DNA of 62,435 nt from an uncultured Anaerolineaceae bacterium (GCA_964425305.1 CAYRMQ010000005.1:1-62435), one strand, 5' to 3'; numbered from the stretch's first letter, positions 1-9,855 are shown. The notes: generated by a model not told the origin, from the letters alone. Translations and numbers: made by a program.

Positions 1-146
1 TCGGCCAGGCTGGCCAGCTCGGCCAGGCTCTCCTCGGCGCTCCAGCCCTCGTCCTGACCGGTGTCGACGGCAACCAGAAACGCCCGCTCCTGCGGCGGTC
101 TGACGTCGACGAGCGAGCTGCGCTGCCTGCGCCTCTGTGTTGCCAC
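1..146 (-). CDS. hflX: GTPase HflX, N-terminal fragment (gene runs off the left edge)
   Basis: Minus-strand translation from GTG at 146 reads VATQRRRQRSSLVDVRPPQERAFLVAVDTGQDEGWSAEESLAELASLA. This fits the ERAxLVxV...EL..LA pattern of the HflX N-terminal domain. Only 48 codons are visible. Confidence 0.5.
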   Translation of the reverse strand, partial: MATQRRRQRSSLVDVRPPQERAFLVAVDTGQDEGWSAEESLAELASLA

Positions 147-195
147 GCGGACAGGATAGCCGCTCGGATCGCAGCCCCTTTGCAATCCCCTGCCC

Positions 196-876
196 TTGAC
201 GCTTGAGCGTGCCCGCATGCGCCCTCGTTCCATCCTGCGCCACGTCATGAAACAACAGGATCCGCGCGACCGGCGCGAGGTGCCGCTCAGCGGGCCGGGC
301 GGCGGCCGCGAGCTGGGCGACCAGGTCGCCTACCGCCGCCAGGACGAGGTCGACGACCTCGGCGAGCTGACCGACACCGACATCTACCACGGCGAGCTGG
401 AGGCGGGCGTCCACGATGACCTGCCGCAGGAGCCCGAGGCCGAGAACCTCGAGTTGCTGACCGAGCGCGAGCTGCGCGCCGGCGAGACCGGTGACCCCGA
501 CGTGGCCGCTGAGGAGGGCATGACCTACGTCCCGCCGAGCGATCCGCCGGTGGTGCCGTCGGAGGAGGACCCGCAGGGCGTCGAGGTCGCCGCCGGCTTC
601 GGCACGACCGCCAGCGACGAGCCGTACGACCAGAGCCACCGCGGCGAGTCCGTGTCTGAAGAGGACGCCATGTCGGCGCGGGTCCGTGAGGCGCTGCGCG
701 CCGACGCGGCGACGAGCCGCTACGCCGACAGCGTCGCAATCGGCACGCGCGGCGGGACAGTCGCGCTGCGCGGTGTCGTTGAGGACCTGCACGACACCGA
801 CACGCTCGTCGAGGTGGTCGGCCGCGTGACCGGCGTCGACGAGGTCATCGACGAGCTCGAGGTCCGCGGGTTATAG
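196..876 (+). CDS. BON domain-containing protein with acidic N-terminal half
   Basis: The C-terminal ~65 aa (VREALRADAATSRYADSVAIGTRGGTVALRGVVEDLHDTDTLVEVVGRVTGVDEVIDELEV) fit the BON domain pattern. GC3 is high. The start is uncertain: TTG 196, ATG 217 or ATG 247. Confidence 0.7.
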   Translation: MTLERARMRPRSILRHVMKQQDPRDRREVPLSGPGGGRELGDQVAYRRQDEVDDLGELTDTDIYHGELEAGVHDDLPQEPEAENLELLTERELRAGETGDPDVAAEEGMTYVPPSDPPVVPSEEDPQGVEVAAGFGTTASDEPYDQSHRGESVSEEDAMSARVREALRADAATSRYADSVAIGTRGGTVALRGVVEDLHDTDTLVEVVGRVTGVDEVIDELEVRGL

Positions 877-911
877 GAAACCCGGCTGCGCCGCGGCCGT
901 AGACTCGGGCG

Positions 912-1193
912 GTGACGTACGACGAACTGCTGGACATCGCGCGCCAGCTCGAGGGAAGGACGCTCGAGACCGTCACCGGCAAGCGCTTCCGCGTGTCCAC
1001 CTATCTCGATTCGGTGGTGTTCATGCCCGAGTCCAGCGGCCTCGGGCAGAGCGACGGCCGGAAGGCGGGCGAGCGCTTCGTCGCACGCTACAACGAGATC
1101 GGCAGCCTTCGACCCTCCGACTACGGGGACGTCACGCGCAATGCGTCCTACTACGTCGGCCTGCTGCGCGCCGCCGGGCGCGAATCCGTTTGA
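912..1193 (+). CDS. hypothetical small protein (93 aa)
   Basis: GTG-initiated ORF with protein-like composition (MTYDELLDIARQLEGRTLETVTGKRFRV...). I recognise no family. Its stop codon lies inside the inverted repeat at 1185-1197. Confidence 0.45.
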   Translation: MTYDELLDIARQLEGRTLETVTGKRFRVSTYLDSVVFMPESSGLGQSDGRKAGERFVARYNEIGSLRPSDYGDVTRNASYYVGLLRAAGRESV

Positions 1194-1287
1194 AGTGAGC
1201 ACCCGGCCCTCGAAATCTCGGCCCGGAGAAGCCTCGTCGGCGGGTCGAACCGGCCCTCCGGATCAGGAGCTGTGCACTTCAAACGGA
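1185..1287. repeat. perfect 13-bp inverted repeat (TCCGTTTGAAGTG / CACTTCAAACGGA) flanking a 77-nt spacer
   Basis: Read directly: 1185-1197 is the exact reverse complement of 1275-1287. It lies between the convergent ORF 912-1193 and miaA. Related arms occur at 11776-11795 and 19313-19333. Confidence 0.9.
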
Positions 1288-1323
1288 CGACTGCATCTCT
1301 CAGTCGGGGCGGGCGGAACGGCG

Positions 1324-2271
1324 TCAGATGGAGGGCCGCATGTCCTGCACGAGGCCCTGAGCTGCGCGCAGCGGCGGCTGCGTGGCGTCGAGCCAGTGGA
1401 CGCCTGGCTCTGCCCGGAACCACGTCCGCTGGCGGCGCGCGAACTGCTGCGTGCGGGTGATCGTCCGGGCCAGCGCCTCCTCGCGCGAGAGCGTGCCGTC
1501 GAGGACGCCGAACGCCTCCCGGTAGCCGAAGGCGCTGAACGCGCGCAGGCCCGAGTCGTAGCGCCGGCGCAGGGCGGCCGCCTCGTCGAGCAGGCCGTTC
1601 TCGAACTGCCAGGCGGCGCGCTCGGCGATCCACCGGCGATGAACGTCCACAGGCACCGTCAGCCCGAGCCAGACCGACGGCGCGGGATAGCCGGTCGGCG
1701 GTGGCGGCGGCCGATCCCCGTGGAGCAGGACACGCTCGAGGGCGCGCACCACCCGCCGTGGATTGGCCAGGTCGGTCGCCGCCGCCACGCTCGGCGCAAC
1801 GCGCTGCAGCTCCTGCACCAGCGGCGCCAGCCCCTCCCCCGCCAGCCGCCGTTCCAGCTCGGCCCGCAGCGCGGGATCGGAGCCCGTCTCCTCCAGCGAC
1901 AGCCCGCGCGCCACCGCGCGCAGGTACAGGCCCGTTCCGCCCACTAGCAGCGCCACGCCGCCGCGCCCAGCGATGGCGTGCAATGCCGCCAGCGCGTGAC
2001 GGCGGAACTGCTCGGCGCTGAACGGCTCGTCCGGGTCCACGAGATCCAGGCCGTGATGCGGCACGCGCGCCCGACCCTCGGCAGAGACCTTGGCCGTGCC
2101 GATCTCCATGCCGCGGTACACCTGCCGCGAGTCGGCGCTGATGATCTCGGCGCCGGGTAGGCGTTCGGCGAGGGCCAGTGAGAGGGCGGTCTTGCCGGTG
2201 GCGGTGGCGCCGCAGACGACGATGAGCGGCGGGAACCGAGCCTCAGTCGACGCGCGAGCCGACGAGCGCAT
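1324..2271 (-). CDS. miaA: tRNA dimethylallyltransferase
   Basis: P-loop GATATGKTALS followed by ISADSRQVYRGMEIGTAKVS, typical of MiaA. The ORF extends to 2427, but ATG 2271 (MRSSARAS..) sits at the usual distance from the P-loop. It overlaps the miaB stop by about 29 nt. Confidence 0.9.
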   Translation of the reverse strand: MRSSARASTEARFPPLIVVCGATATGKTALSLALAERLPGAEIISADSRQVYRGMEIGTAKVSAEGRARVPHHGLDLVDPDEPFSAEQFRRHALAALHAIAGRGGVALLVGGTGLYLRAVARGLSLEETGSDPALRAELERRLAGEGLAPLVQELQRVAPSVAAATDLANPRRVVRALERVLLHGDRPPPPPTGYPAPSVWLGLTVPVDVHRRWIAERAAWQFENGLLDEAAALRRRYDSGLRAFSAFGYREAFGVLDGTLSREEALARTITRTQQFARRQRTWFRAEPGVHWLDATQPPLRAAQGLVQDMRPSI

Positions 2272-3871
2272 ACGGCCCGGCGCGCTCGATGCGCACCTCC
2301 ACCAGGCTGGCCACGAGACGCGGCGGACCGTCGAAATGGACCAGCTTGTTGTGCCGGTTGCGCCCGGCCAGCCGCGGCCCGCCGCCCGCGCTGTGTTCGT
2401 GTGACGAAGGCGGCCGCCACTGATCAACCAGCACCTCGGTCGTCCGGCCCACCCACCACTCGTTGGCCTCCCGGCCGATCTCCTCCTGCAGGTCGAGCAG
2501 CGCCTGCAGCCGGCGCTTCTTCTCCTCGCGCGGAACGTCGTCGGGCAGGCGCGCCGCGGGCGTCCCCGGCCGCACGGAGTAGGCCGCGGCGAAGACCTGC
2601 TCGAAGCGGACGGCGCGCAGCAGCTCCAGCGTCCGCTCGAACTGCTCCTCTGTCTCGCCGCAGAAGCCGACGATGACGTCGGTCGTCAGCGAGATGCCGG
2701 GCACGGCCGCGCGCAACGCCTCGACCAGCGCCAGGTACGCCTCGACGGTGTACTGGCGGCCCATCCGGCGCAGCACGGCGTCGTCGCCCGACTGGACGGG
2801 CAGGTGCAGGTGCTCGCAGACCGACGGGCAGTCGGCCATCGCCCCGATCAACCGCTCGGTCAGGTCCCACGGATGCGACGTGACGAAGCGCAGGCGCGGG
2901 ATGGCGCGGGCGCCGTCGTCCGTGCGCAGCGCGTCGATCGCGCGCAGCAGCGCCGCGATGTCGGGCCTGCCGTCCAGCTCGAGGCGCCGCCCCAACCGGC
3001 GCTCGGCATGGACATCGCGGAAGCGCTCCTCGGCCGGCAGGTCGTGGCCGTACGAGTTGACGTTCTGGCCGAGCAGCGTCACCTCGCGGTAGCCGGCGGC
3101 CGCGAGCATGCGCGCCTCGTCGACGACGTCGTCGAATGGCCGGCTGCGCTCCGGGCCACGCGAGAAGGGCACGATGCAGTACGTGCACGTCTTGTCGCAG
3201 CCGTAGATGATCGGCAGCCACGCCGAGACCACGCTCTCACGCCGGACGCGCTCCTCGCCCACCGCCGCCGCCCGCGTGGCCGGCAGCCGGTCCGCCGTCG
3301 CGGCGACCGACCGACCGACACGCTGGAAGCCGGCCGACGACCCGCCGGCAGCCCCTCCCGCCAGCAGCCCGGGGGCAGTCGGCCCGGCCAGGCCCAGGCG
3401 AGCGGTCAGCTCGGGTTCCTCGTCGGGGCGCAGGAAGAGATCGACCGCCGGGTAGCGCCGGCGCAGCGTGGCCGCGTTGTCGACGCGCACCGAGCAGCCG
3501 GTCAGCACCACGCGCAGCGCAGGATTGGACTGCTTCAGCCGTCCGAGGTGACCCATCCGGCCGATGACTTTCTGCTCGGCCGCCTCGCGGATCGAGCAGC
3601 TGTTGATCACGATCAGGTCGGCCGACTCGAGGCTCGGTGCCTCGCGGCAGCCGGCGGCGGCAAGCGCGCCGGCCATCTCCTCCGAGTCGGAGCGGTTCAT
3701 CTGGCAGCCCAGCGTCCAGACGTGGAAGGTGGGCAGGGCCAGGTCGTCGGTGGTGAACTCGGCAAGGCGCTCCGGTGTCGGCGGCGGCGCGAACGGGCCG
3801 CGGCGGGCGGGAGCGGCCTCGGTCGTGCTGCCGGCCGGCGGCATGTCGAGGACGGGCAGGGCGCGGCTCAT
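2243..3871 (-). CDS. miaB: tRNA-i6A 2-methylthiotransferase (radical SAM)
   Basis: N-terminal FHVWTLGCQMN (UPF0004 domain), radical-SAM CDKTCTYC motif, and a TRAM-like C-terminus (TEVLVD...LVEVRIERA). Confidence 0.92.
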   Translation of the reverse strand: MSRALPVLDMPPAGSTTEAAPARRGPFAPPPTPERLAEFTTDDLALPTFHVWTLGCQMNRSDSEEMAGALAAAGCREAPSLESADLIVINSCSIREAAEQKVIGRMGHLGRLKQSNPALRVVLTGCSVRVDNAATLRRRYPAVDLFLRPDEEPELTARLGLAGPTAPGLLAGGAAGGSSAGFQRVGRSVAATADRLPATRAAAVGEERVRRESVVSAWLPIIYGCDKTCTYCIVPFSRGPERSRPFDDVVDEARMLAAAGYREVTLLGQNVNSYGHDLPAEERFRDVHAERRLGRRLELDGRPDIAALLRAIDALRTDDGARAIPRLRFVTSHPWDLTERLIGAMADCPSVCEHLHLPVQSGDDAVLRRMGRQYTVEAYLALVEALRAAVPGISLTTDVIVGFCGETEEQFERTLELLRAVRFEQVFAAAYSVRPGTPAARLPDDVPREEKKRRLQALLDLQEEIGREANEWWVGRTTEVLVDQWRPPSSHEHSAGGGPRLAGRNRHNKLVHFDGPPRLVASLVEVRIERAGPYALVGSRVD

Positions 3872-3895
3872 CGGCTGCGACTCATCCGGCGCAGC

Positions 3896-4804
3896 TCATC
3901 GGCGCGCGGCGCTACCCGTCGCAGCGAGCGCGGCGAGCAGCCGCTCGCCGGCCGCGTCGGGCACGTACGTGGTGGCCTGTGCCTCGGCGTAGCTCATCCC
4001 GTCGCCATGGTAGTCGCTCCCGCCGGTGGCGAGCAGACCGAGCTCGGCGGCCAGCGCGGCGACGCGCTGGCGCGTCTCGGGCAGGAAGCGACGGTAGTGG
4101 ACCTCGAGGCCGCGTACGCCCCAGTCGATGAGCAGCCTGATCAGCTCGGGCTGCTCGGGCGCGGCCGGGTAGTGGGCCAGCACGGCCAGGCCGCCGGCGT
4201 CGACGATGGCCTCGATCGCCTCGCGCGTGCGCATGCCCTGGCGCGGCACGTAGGCCGGTCCGTGGCGGTCGATCCAGTGGTCGAACGCCTCCTGCACGCT
4301 CTCGACGTGGCCGGCGGCGACCATCGCCCGCGCGATGTGCGGCCGTCCCAGCGCCTCCTCGCTGTCGAGCACGGCCGTGATTTGGTCGTCGATCGGCTTG
4401 CCCAGCCGGCGCAGCGCCTCGATGATCAGCAGCAGCCGCGTGCGGCGCGACTCGCGCTGGCTCAGCAGGCGCTGCTCGAAGAGGGGGTCGTCGGCGTCGA
4501 CGCCGTAGCCGAGCACGTGCAGCTCGCCCTCCTCGAGCTGGACGCCCATGCGCAGCAGCTCCTCGTCGGCGACGCTGTTGATCTCGACTGCTGCGATCAG
4601 CTGCGGGCCGTCCGGCCCCGCGCTGCTCCCCAGCCCGAGAGCGGCCAGCTCGCGATGGCCGGCCAGCGTGTCGTGGTCGGCCAACGCAGCCAGGCGCAGG
4701 CCCCACGCGCGCATGTCGGCATAGAGCGCCTGCGGGGTGAGGACCCCGTCCGATCGGTCGGTGTGGGTGTGCAGGTCGACCTGGTTGCGGCGCGGCGTCG
4801 TCAT
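3896..4804 (-). CDS. PHP-domain metal-dependent phosphoesterase (TrpH/YciV-like)
   Basis: VDLHTHTDRSDG, ALADHDT and GGSDYHG motifs of the PHP family. The start is taken at ATG 4804 (MTTPRRNQVDLHTHT); the ORF in the track extends to 4927. Confidence 0.8.
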   Translation of the reverse strand: MTTPRRNQVDLHTHTDRSDGVLTPQALYADMRAWGLRLAALADHDTLAGHRELAALGLGSSAGPDGPQLIAAVEINSVADEELLRMGVQLEEGELHVLGYGVDADDPLFEQRLLSQRESRRTRLLLIIEALRRLGKPIDDQITAVLDSEEALGRPHIARAMVAAGHVESVQEAFDHWIDRHGPAYVPRQGMRTREAIEAIVDAGGLAVLAHYPAAPEQPELIRLLIDWGVRGLEVHYRRFLPETRQRVAALAAELGLLATGGSDYHGDGMSYAEAQATTYVPDAAGERLLAALAATGSAARR

Positions 4805-4847
4805 GTCGGGCGGCGGCTCGGCGAAACGGCTCTGGACCACTGGCTGT

Positions 4848-5633
4848 TCAGTCCTCCACGATGCGGCTGATGCGTTCGACGGCGACGGCGCGACCGGTCG
4901 CGGTCTCGATGTCGACCTGCAGGCCATTGAACAGGACCGGTCCGCTGCCCACCTCGAAGCGCGTCGGCAGCGCGTTGAGGAAGCGCGGCAGAACCGACCT
5001 GGGGTCGAAGCCGATGACGCTGTACACCGGCCCGGTCATGCCCACGTCGCTGACGTAGGCCGTGCCGCGCGGCAGGATCCGCTCGTCGGCGGTGGCGACA
5101 TGGGTGTGCGTGCCGCAAACGGCGCTGACCCGCCCGTCGAGATAGATGCCCATGGCGTTCTTCTCGCTGGTCAGCTCGCAGTGGAAGTCGACCAGGCGCA
5201 CCGGCGGCAGCTCGTCGGCGCCCTCGTCGAGGAGGCGGTCGAGCATCGTGAACGGGTTCTCGATCTGCGCCATGAACGTCCGGCCCTGGGCGTTGATGAC
5301 CGCGAGCTCGGTGCCGTCGGCGGCGTGGAAGATGCCCCAGCCGCGGCCGGGCACGCCGTCGGTGCCGTAGTTGAGCGGGCGCAGGATGCGCTCCTCGCGG
5401 TCGAGCTCGGGATAGATCTCGCGCTTGTCCCAGATGTGGTTGCCGCTGGTGATGACGTCGACCCCCGACTCGAGCAGCGCGGCGGCGGTCGACACGGTCA
5501 GCCCCATCCCGCCGGCGACGTTCTCGCCGTTGACCGTGATGAAGTCGAGATGGCGCTCATCGCGGAGCTGGGGAAGGAGCCGCTCGGCGACGGTGCGGCC
5601 GGGCTTGCCGATCAGGTCACCGACCATCAGCAC
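4848..5633 (-). CDS. ymdB: YmdB-like metallophosphoesterase (2',3'-cyclic-nucleotide phosphodiesterase family, TIGR00282-like)
   Basis: VLMVGDLIGKPGR, NGENVAGGMG, SGNHIWD and CGTHTHV motifs. The start is taken at GTG 5633, giving 261 aa (typical size). The ORF track extends to 5873. Confidence 0.85.
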   Translation of the reverse strand: MLMVGDLIGKPGRTVAERLLPQLRDERHLDFITVNGENVAGGMGLTVSTAAALLESGVDVITSGNHIWDKREIYPELDREERILRPLNYGTDGVPGRGWGIFHAADGTELAVINAQGRTFMAQIENPFTMLDRLLDEGADELPPVRLVDFHCELTSEKNAMGIYLDGRVSAVCGTHTHVATADERILPRGTAYVSDVGMTGPVYSVIGFDPRSVLPRFLNALPTRFEVGSGPVLFNGLQVDIETATGRAVAVERISRIVED

Positions 5634-6001
5634 GCGGACGGTTCCCGGAGCGGGCTTCGCCGGTGGCGCCCGCAGGCGGTCGGCAGCCTGAACCGCGGCC
5701 ACGTCTCGGCTGCGCTGCACGGGCTCTACGGCCGAAACCCCGGATCGGATGCGATCCGGGCCTCGTGCAGTGTCAATTGCAGCATCGTCGATGGATGACT
5801 CCGTGACATGGCAGCGTGACGCGGGAGCGGGCGGCCTCCGCCCGCGGGGCGCAGTCCGCGCTCGATTGGGCACAGCCTCAGGGGCCGCTGGACGAGACTA
5901 CCATCCAGCCGCGGCGAGCGTCGGCCGCCGATCCGTTCGGCGCCGCCGTAACCGCCGGCCGCCGGCACTCCCGGCCGGGACGCCGGCGACCTCCTGTTCG
6001 C

Positions 6002-8158
6002 CTACGGCTTGGCGATGCTGATGGAGGTCTTGACGTTGGCCGTCGGATCGTAGGTCAGGACGGCGTGGCCGATGTCGCTCACCGAGAATGTCACGCTGCC
6101 CTGGCGCTTGTGGATTGAGCCGCTCGTCACGCTGCACTGTCCGTTGCTGTCGGTCGTACAGGAGCTGCTGGAAACGTTGCCCTGGCTCCAGTCGCCGTGG
6201 ACGACGGCGTCGGCGACGGGCCGGCCGGTGGAATCGACGACCGTGATGGTGACCGTCGCCGTCCAGGTACTTCCGCCGTTGGTCGAGAAGCCGGATAGAT
6301 CGGCGACATGACTCGTCGTCGCCTCGTCAGCGACTACCACCGCCTGGCTCTGAGTGTCCGTGATGCCGTCGCTGTCGGTGACGGTCAGGCTGACGGTGTA
6401 GCTGCCCCCGGCGGCGAACGTGTGCTGCGCCGTTGGACCGGTCGCCGTCGTGCCGTCGCCAAAGTCCCAGGCGTACGAGGCAATGCCGCGATCGTCGGTC
6501 GAGTCCGAGCCGTCGAAGTCACAGGTCAGCCCGGCACAGGTATAGGTGTAGCTGGCCGTGGGCGGTTCGTTGACATTGTCGACGGTGACGCTGATCGTAT
6601 CGCTCGCCGTCTGGCCTATCGTGTCGGTCGCCCGCGCGGTCAGCGTGTGCGAGCCATCGGCCACCGCCGTGGTATCCCAGGTGGTCGACCAGCCGTCGCT
6701 TCCATCGCTGTCGAAACCGATGCTCGTCGACTCATCCAGGAAGAACTCGACGTGGGCGACGCCGACGTCGTCACTGGCGACGGCACTGACCTGGACGCTG
6801 CCCGATACCGTCGCGCCGTCTGCCGGCTGCTCTAGGCTCACCGACGGCGAAGCATCGGTCGGCGCCAGATTGGGGCGCAGGACGTACAGGCCCTGCTCGA
6901 TGCCCGACACCACGACGTTGCCACTCGCGAAGAACGGGTACGTGCTCCAGGCCCCATTGAACTCAGGTTGGTCGTCGGCCGGATAGATATCGAAGTAGGC
7001 CACTTCGCTCAGCGATGCCGTCGCCACGCCGCTGATGTCGAGGATGCGGAGGCCGGAGCGGTAGTTGGCCTGGAAGGTGTAGTTGCCGACGACGTACTGA
7101 TTGTGGTCGATGGCCGGGTTGCTTCCGACGTGCGTTCCGATGTGCAGCGGCGCAGCCGGGTCGGCCACGTCGAAGACGTACGTGCGCGTGTTGTAGCCCT
7201 TGCCCTCGTCGAGCTCGTCGTCGATCAGGAAATAGCGCTGATCGTCGGTCAGCCACCCCTGGTGGGTGTAGGCGGCACCCACATAAGGGACACGCGCGAG
7301 CTGCACCGGCGAGGACTTCTGGGTGACGTCGACCACGGTCAGCGTGTCCTCGTTCGAGGCGAAGCAGAGCTCCCGTCCGGCGTATGCCGGAAGGGTCGAG
7401 ATCACGCACTGCACGTCGTGCGTGTAGCCGTCGCCGCCAAAACAGCCGGCCTGGGTTGGGCTTGTCGGGACCCTTAGGTCAACGATGTGCAGGCCGCCGG
7501 AGCAGGTGTTGGTTCCGACGGCGTAGGCGAAACCGCTCTCCTCGTTGATGAAGATGTTGTGCGCCGTGGCGAAGCCGGAGTAGTGGGCCGTCGCAGAGAA
7601 CGTCACCGGCGGGTTCGACACGGCGCGCAGCTGGGTCAAATCGAAGACCTGCATGCCGTGGTTTCGTGACTCCGACACGACGTAGGCGTGGTTGGCGTAG
7701 ACCTTGATGTCGCGCCAGGTGCTGGAGAAGCGCGTCGTGGGCAGGTTGCCCAGGTAGACCGGGTTGGTGGGCTCGCTGATGTCGACGAACGACGTTCCCG
7801 TCGTCCGTCCCATGATCGCGTACTCCCTGCCGGTCTGCGGATCGGTCCAGCCCCACACGTCATTGCCCTTGCCGCCACCGATGTCGGCCAGCGGCAGGAA
7901 GGACTGCAGGGTCACGTTCTTGCACGGGTAGCCCGCGGCGACACCGCCTTCACAGCTCGTCGCAGACTCTGCCTCCAGCTCCTGCGCCGGCTGGCTGTCA
8001 GCGAGGAAGGCGCGCGCCACTTCCTGCGCTCGCGCGCTACCCGGCCAGCCCGTCTCCTCCTTGCTGCCGTGGTGATCGCCGTCATGGGCAGTTGCCACCG
8101 ACATCGTGAACAGGAGAAGGACGACCGCCGTCATCCATGACACGACCAGGCGCTTCAT
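6002..8158 (-). CDS. secreted choice-of-anchor-B/LVIVD beta-propeller protein with Ig-like and PKD domains
   Basis: Signal peptide MKRLVVSWMTAVVLLLFTMSVATA. GYPCKNVTLQSFLPL...GNDVWGWTDPQTGREYAIMG...WRDIKVYANHAYVVSE..GMQVFDL matches the choice-of-anchor B/LVIVD family. A PKD signature is present (YAWDFGDGTTATGPTAQHTFAAGGSYTVSLTVTD). Confidence 0.8.
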   Translation of the reverse strand: MKRLVVSWMTAVVLLLFTMSVATAHDGDHHGSKEETGWPGSARAQEVARAFLADSQPAQELEAESATSCEGGVAAGYPCKNVTLQSFLPLADIGGGKGNDVWGWTDPQTGREYAIMGRTTGTSFVDISEPTNPVYLGNLPTTRFSSTWRDIKVYANHAYVVSESRNHGMQVFDLTQLRAVSNPPVTFSATAHYSGFATAHNIFINEESGFAYAVGTNTCSGGLHIVDLRVPTSPTQAGCFGGDGYTHDVQCVISTLPAYAGRELCFASNEDTLTVVDVTQKSSPVQLARVPYVGAAYTHQGWLTDDQRYFLIDDELDEGKGYNTRTYVFDVADPAAPLHIGTHVGSNPAIDHNQYVVGNYTFQANYRSGLRILDISGVATASLSEVAYFDIYPADDQPEFNGAWSTYPFFASGNVVVSGIEQGLYVLRPNLAPTDASPSVSLEQPADGATVSGSVQVSAVASDDVGVAHVEFFLDESTSIGFDSDGSDGWSTTWDTTAVADGSHTLTARATDTIGQTASDTISVTVDNVNEPPTASYTYTCAGLTCDFDGSDSTDDRGIASYAWDFGDGTTATGPTAQHTFAAGGSYTVSLTVTDSDGITDTQSQAVVVADEATTSHVADLSGFSTNGGSTWTATVTITVVDSTGRPVADAVVHGDWSQGNVSSSSCTTDSNGQCSVTSGSIHKRQGSVTFSVSDIGHAVLTYDPTANVKTSISIAKP

Positions 8159-8322
8159 GCGGTCCCCTCAGCGTGCACGAGTGGTATGGAGTCAGCCTCG
8201 CCGCCCGCAGCATCATATGCCCACCGTCAAGGCGGCCCGGGAGTATTGGTTCGTCGGATTGACCGTTTTTGCGCGGCCGATCGTTCGCCAGCGCGCTTCG
8301 GCTCAAGTCGAGCCGCAAACCG

Positions 8323-9855
8323 CTACTTGGCGTACTCCACAGCGCGCGTCTCGCGGATGACCGTCACCTTGATCTGGCCGGGATAGGTCAGCGACTCCTC
8401 GATCTTGCGCACGATGTCGCGCGCCAGGCGCATCGAGGCCAGATCGTCGATCTGCTCCGGCCGGACGAGGATGCGCACCTCGCGGCCGGCCTGCACGGCG
8501 AACGACTTCTCGACGCCCTCGAAGCTGTTGGCGATGGCCTGCAGGTCCTCGAGGCGCTTGATGTAGGTCTCGGCCGATTCGCCGCGCGCGCCGGGGCGGC
8601 TGGCGCTGATCGCGTCGGCGATCTGGACGATGGGGCCCTCGATGCAGGTGTACTCGACCTCCTGGTGGTGGGCGGCGATGCCGTTGATCACCTTCGGTGG
8701 CAGGTTGTGGCGCGTCGCGATCTGCGCGCCGATGGCCGCGTGGGCGCCCTCGTGCTCGTGGTCGACGGCTTTGCCGATGTCGTGCAGTAGGCCGCCCATC
8801 TTCGCCGCCTGCACGTCGGCGCCGACCTCGCCGGCGATGGTCGCGGCCAGCCGTGCCGTCTCGATCGAGTGCTTGAGCACGTTCTGGCCGTAGCTCGTGC
8901 GGAACTTGAGCCGGCCGAGCAGACGAATCAGCTCCGGCGGCAGGCCGGGCACGCCGGTGTCGTAGGCGGCCGCCTCGCCGGCCTGGCGGATGACGAGATC
9001 GACCTCGGCGCGGGCCTTGGCCACGACCTCCTCGATACGGCCGGGATGGATGCGACCGTCCTGGATCAGCTTGGTCAGGGCGAGGCGGGCGGTCTCGCGG
9101 CGGACGGGATCGAAGCCGCTGATCAGCACCGACTCAGGCGTGTCGTCGATGATCAGGTCGATGCCGGTGGCCTGCTCGAGGGCGCGGATGTTGCGGCCCT
9201 CGCGGCCGATGATGCGGCCCTTCATCTCGTCCGACGGCAGCGGTACGACCGACACCGTCATCTCGGCGGTGTGGTCGACCATCACGCGCTGGATGGCCGT
9301 GACGACGACGTCGCGCGCCTTGTCCTCGGCCTCCTCGCGGGCCTTGCGCTCGATCGAGCGGTAGAGCCGGACGGCGTCGTGCTCGGCGTCCTCGCGGACT
9401 TGCTCGAGCAGCACCCCGCGGGCCTCCTCCTGCGACATCAGCGCGACCTTCTCGAGGGCGGCGATCTGCTCCTGCCGCGCGCGCGCCAGCTCGTCGCGCT
9501 GCTGGTCGAGCTCACGCTCGCGGGCGATCAGCCGTCGGTCGCGCTCCTCGAGCATGTCCGTCCGCTGGTCGAGCTGCTCGTCGCGCTGGAGCAGGCGGCG
9601 CTCGAGCTGCGACAGGTCGGCGCGCCGGGCGCGGGCCTCTTCCTCCGCCTCGCGGGCCAAGCGCACCTGCTCGTCCTTGGCCTGCAGGATCAGCTCTTTC
9701 TGCTGCGCTCGGGCCTCGGCGACGATCCGCGCGGCCTTGTCCTGGGCAGCGCGAACCGCCTGTGAGGCCCACAGTCCACGGCCGGCGAAACCCAGCGCGA
9801 AACCGATGGCGATGGCCAACAACGCCACCACCGCCACGACGATGGGGTCAATCAT
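8323..9855 (-). CDS. rny: ribonuclease Y
   Basis: N-terminal TM helix, long coiled-coil, KH domain ([15 protein letters not shown]) and HD domain ([12 protein letters not shown]). GGGAGG lies 7 nt upstream of the second ATG (9855), so that ATG is preferred over 9870. Confidence 0.93.
   Translation of the reverse strand: MIDPIVVAVVALLAIAIGFALGFAGRGLWASQAVRAAQDKAARIVAEARAQQKELILQAKDEQVRLAREAEEEARARRADLSQLERRLLQRDEQLDQRTDMLEERDRRLIARERELDQQRDELARARQEQIAALEKVALMSQEEARGVLLEQVREDAEHDAVRLYRSIERKAREEAEDKARDVVVTAIQRVMVDHTAEMTVSVVPLPSDEMKGRIIGREGRNIRALEQATGIDLIIDDTPESVLISGFDPVRRETARLALTKLIQDGRIHPGRIEEVVAKARAEVDLVIRQAGEAAAYDTGVPGLPPELIRLLGRLKFRTSYGQNVLKHSIETARLAATIAGEVGADVQAAKMGGLLHDIGKAVDHEHEGAHAAIGAQIATRHNLPPKVINGIAAHHQEVEYTCIEGPIVQIADAISASRPGARGESAETYIKRLEDLQAIANSFEGVEKSFAVQAGREVRILVRPEQIDDLASMRLARDIVRKIEESLTYPGQIKVTVIRETRAVEYAK

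Noticed and set aside
2804-4870. 688-aa plus-strand ORF spanning miaB and the PHP gene. Similar giant antisense ORFs occur at 29599-32445, 37880-40351, 44828-46831, 51027-52901 and 58330-60504.
   Set aside because: All lie antisense to genes with unmistakable family motifs and share their wobble positions. Their translations are Arg/Ala/Gly/Pro-rich with no recognisable domains. These are typical open-frame artefacts of very GC-rich DNA.
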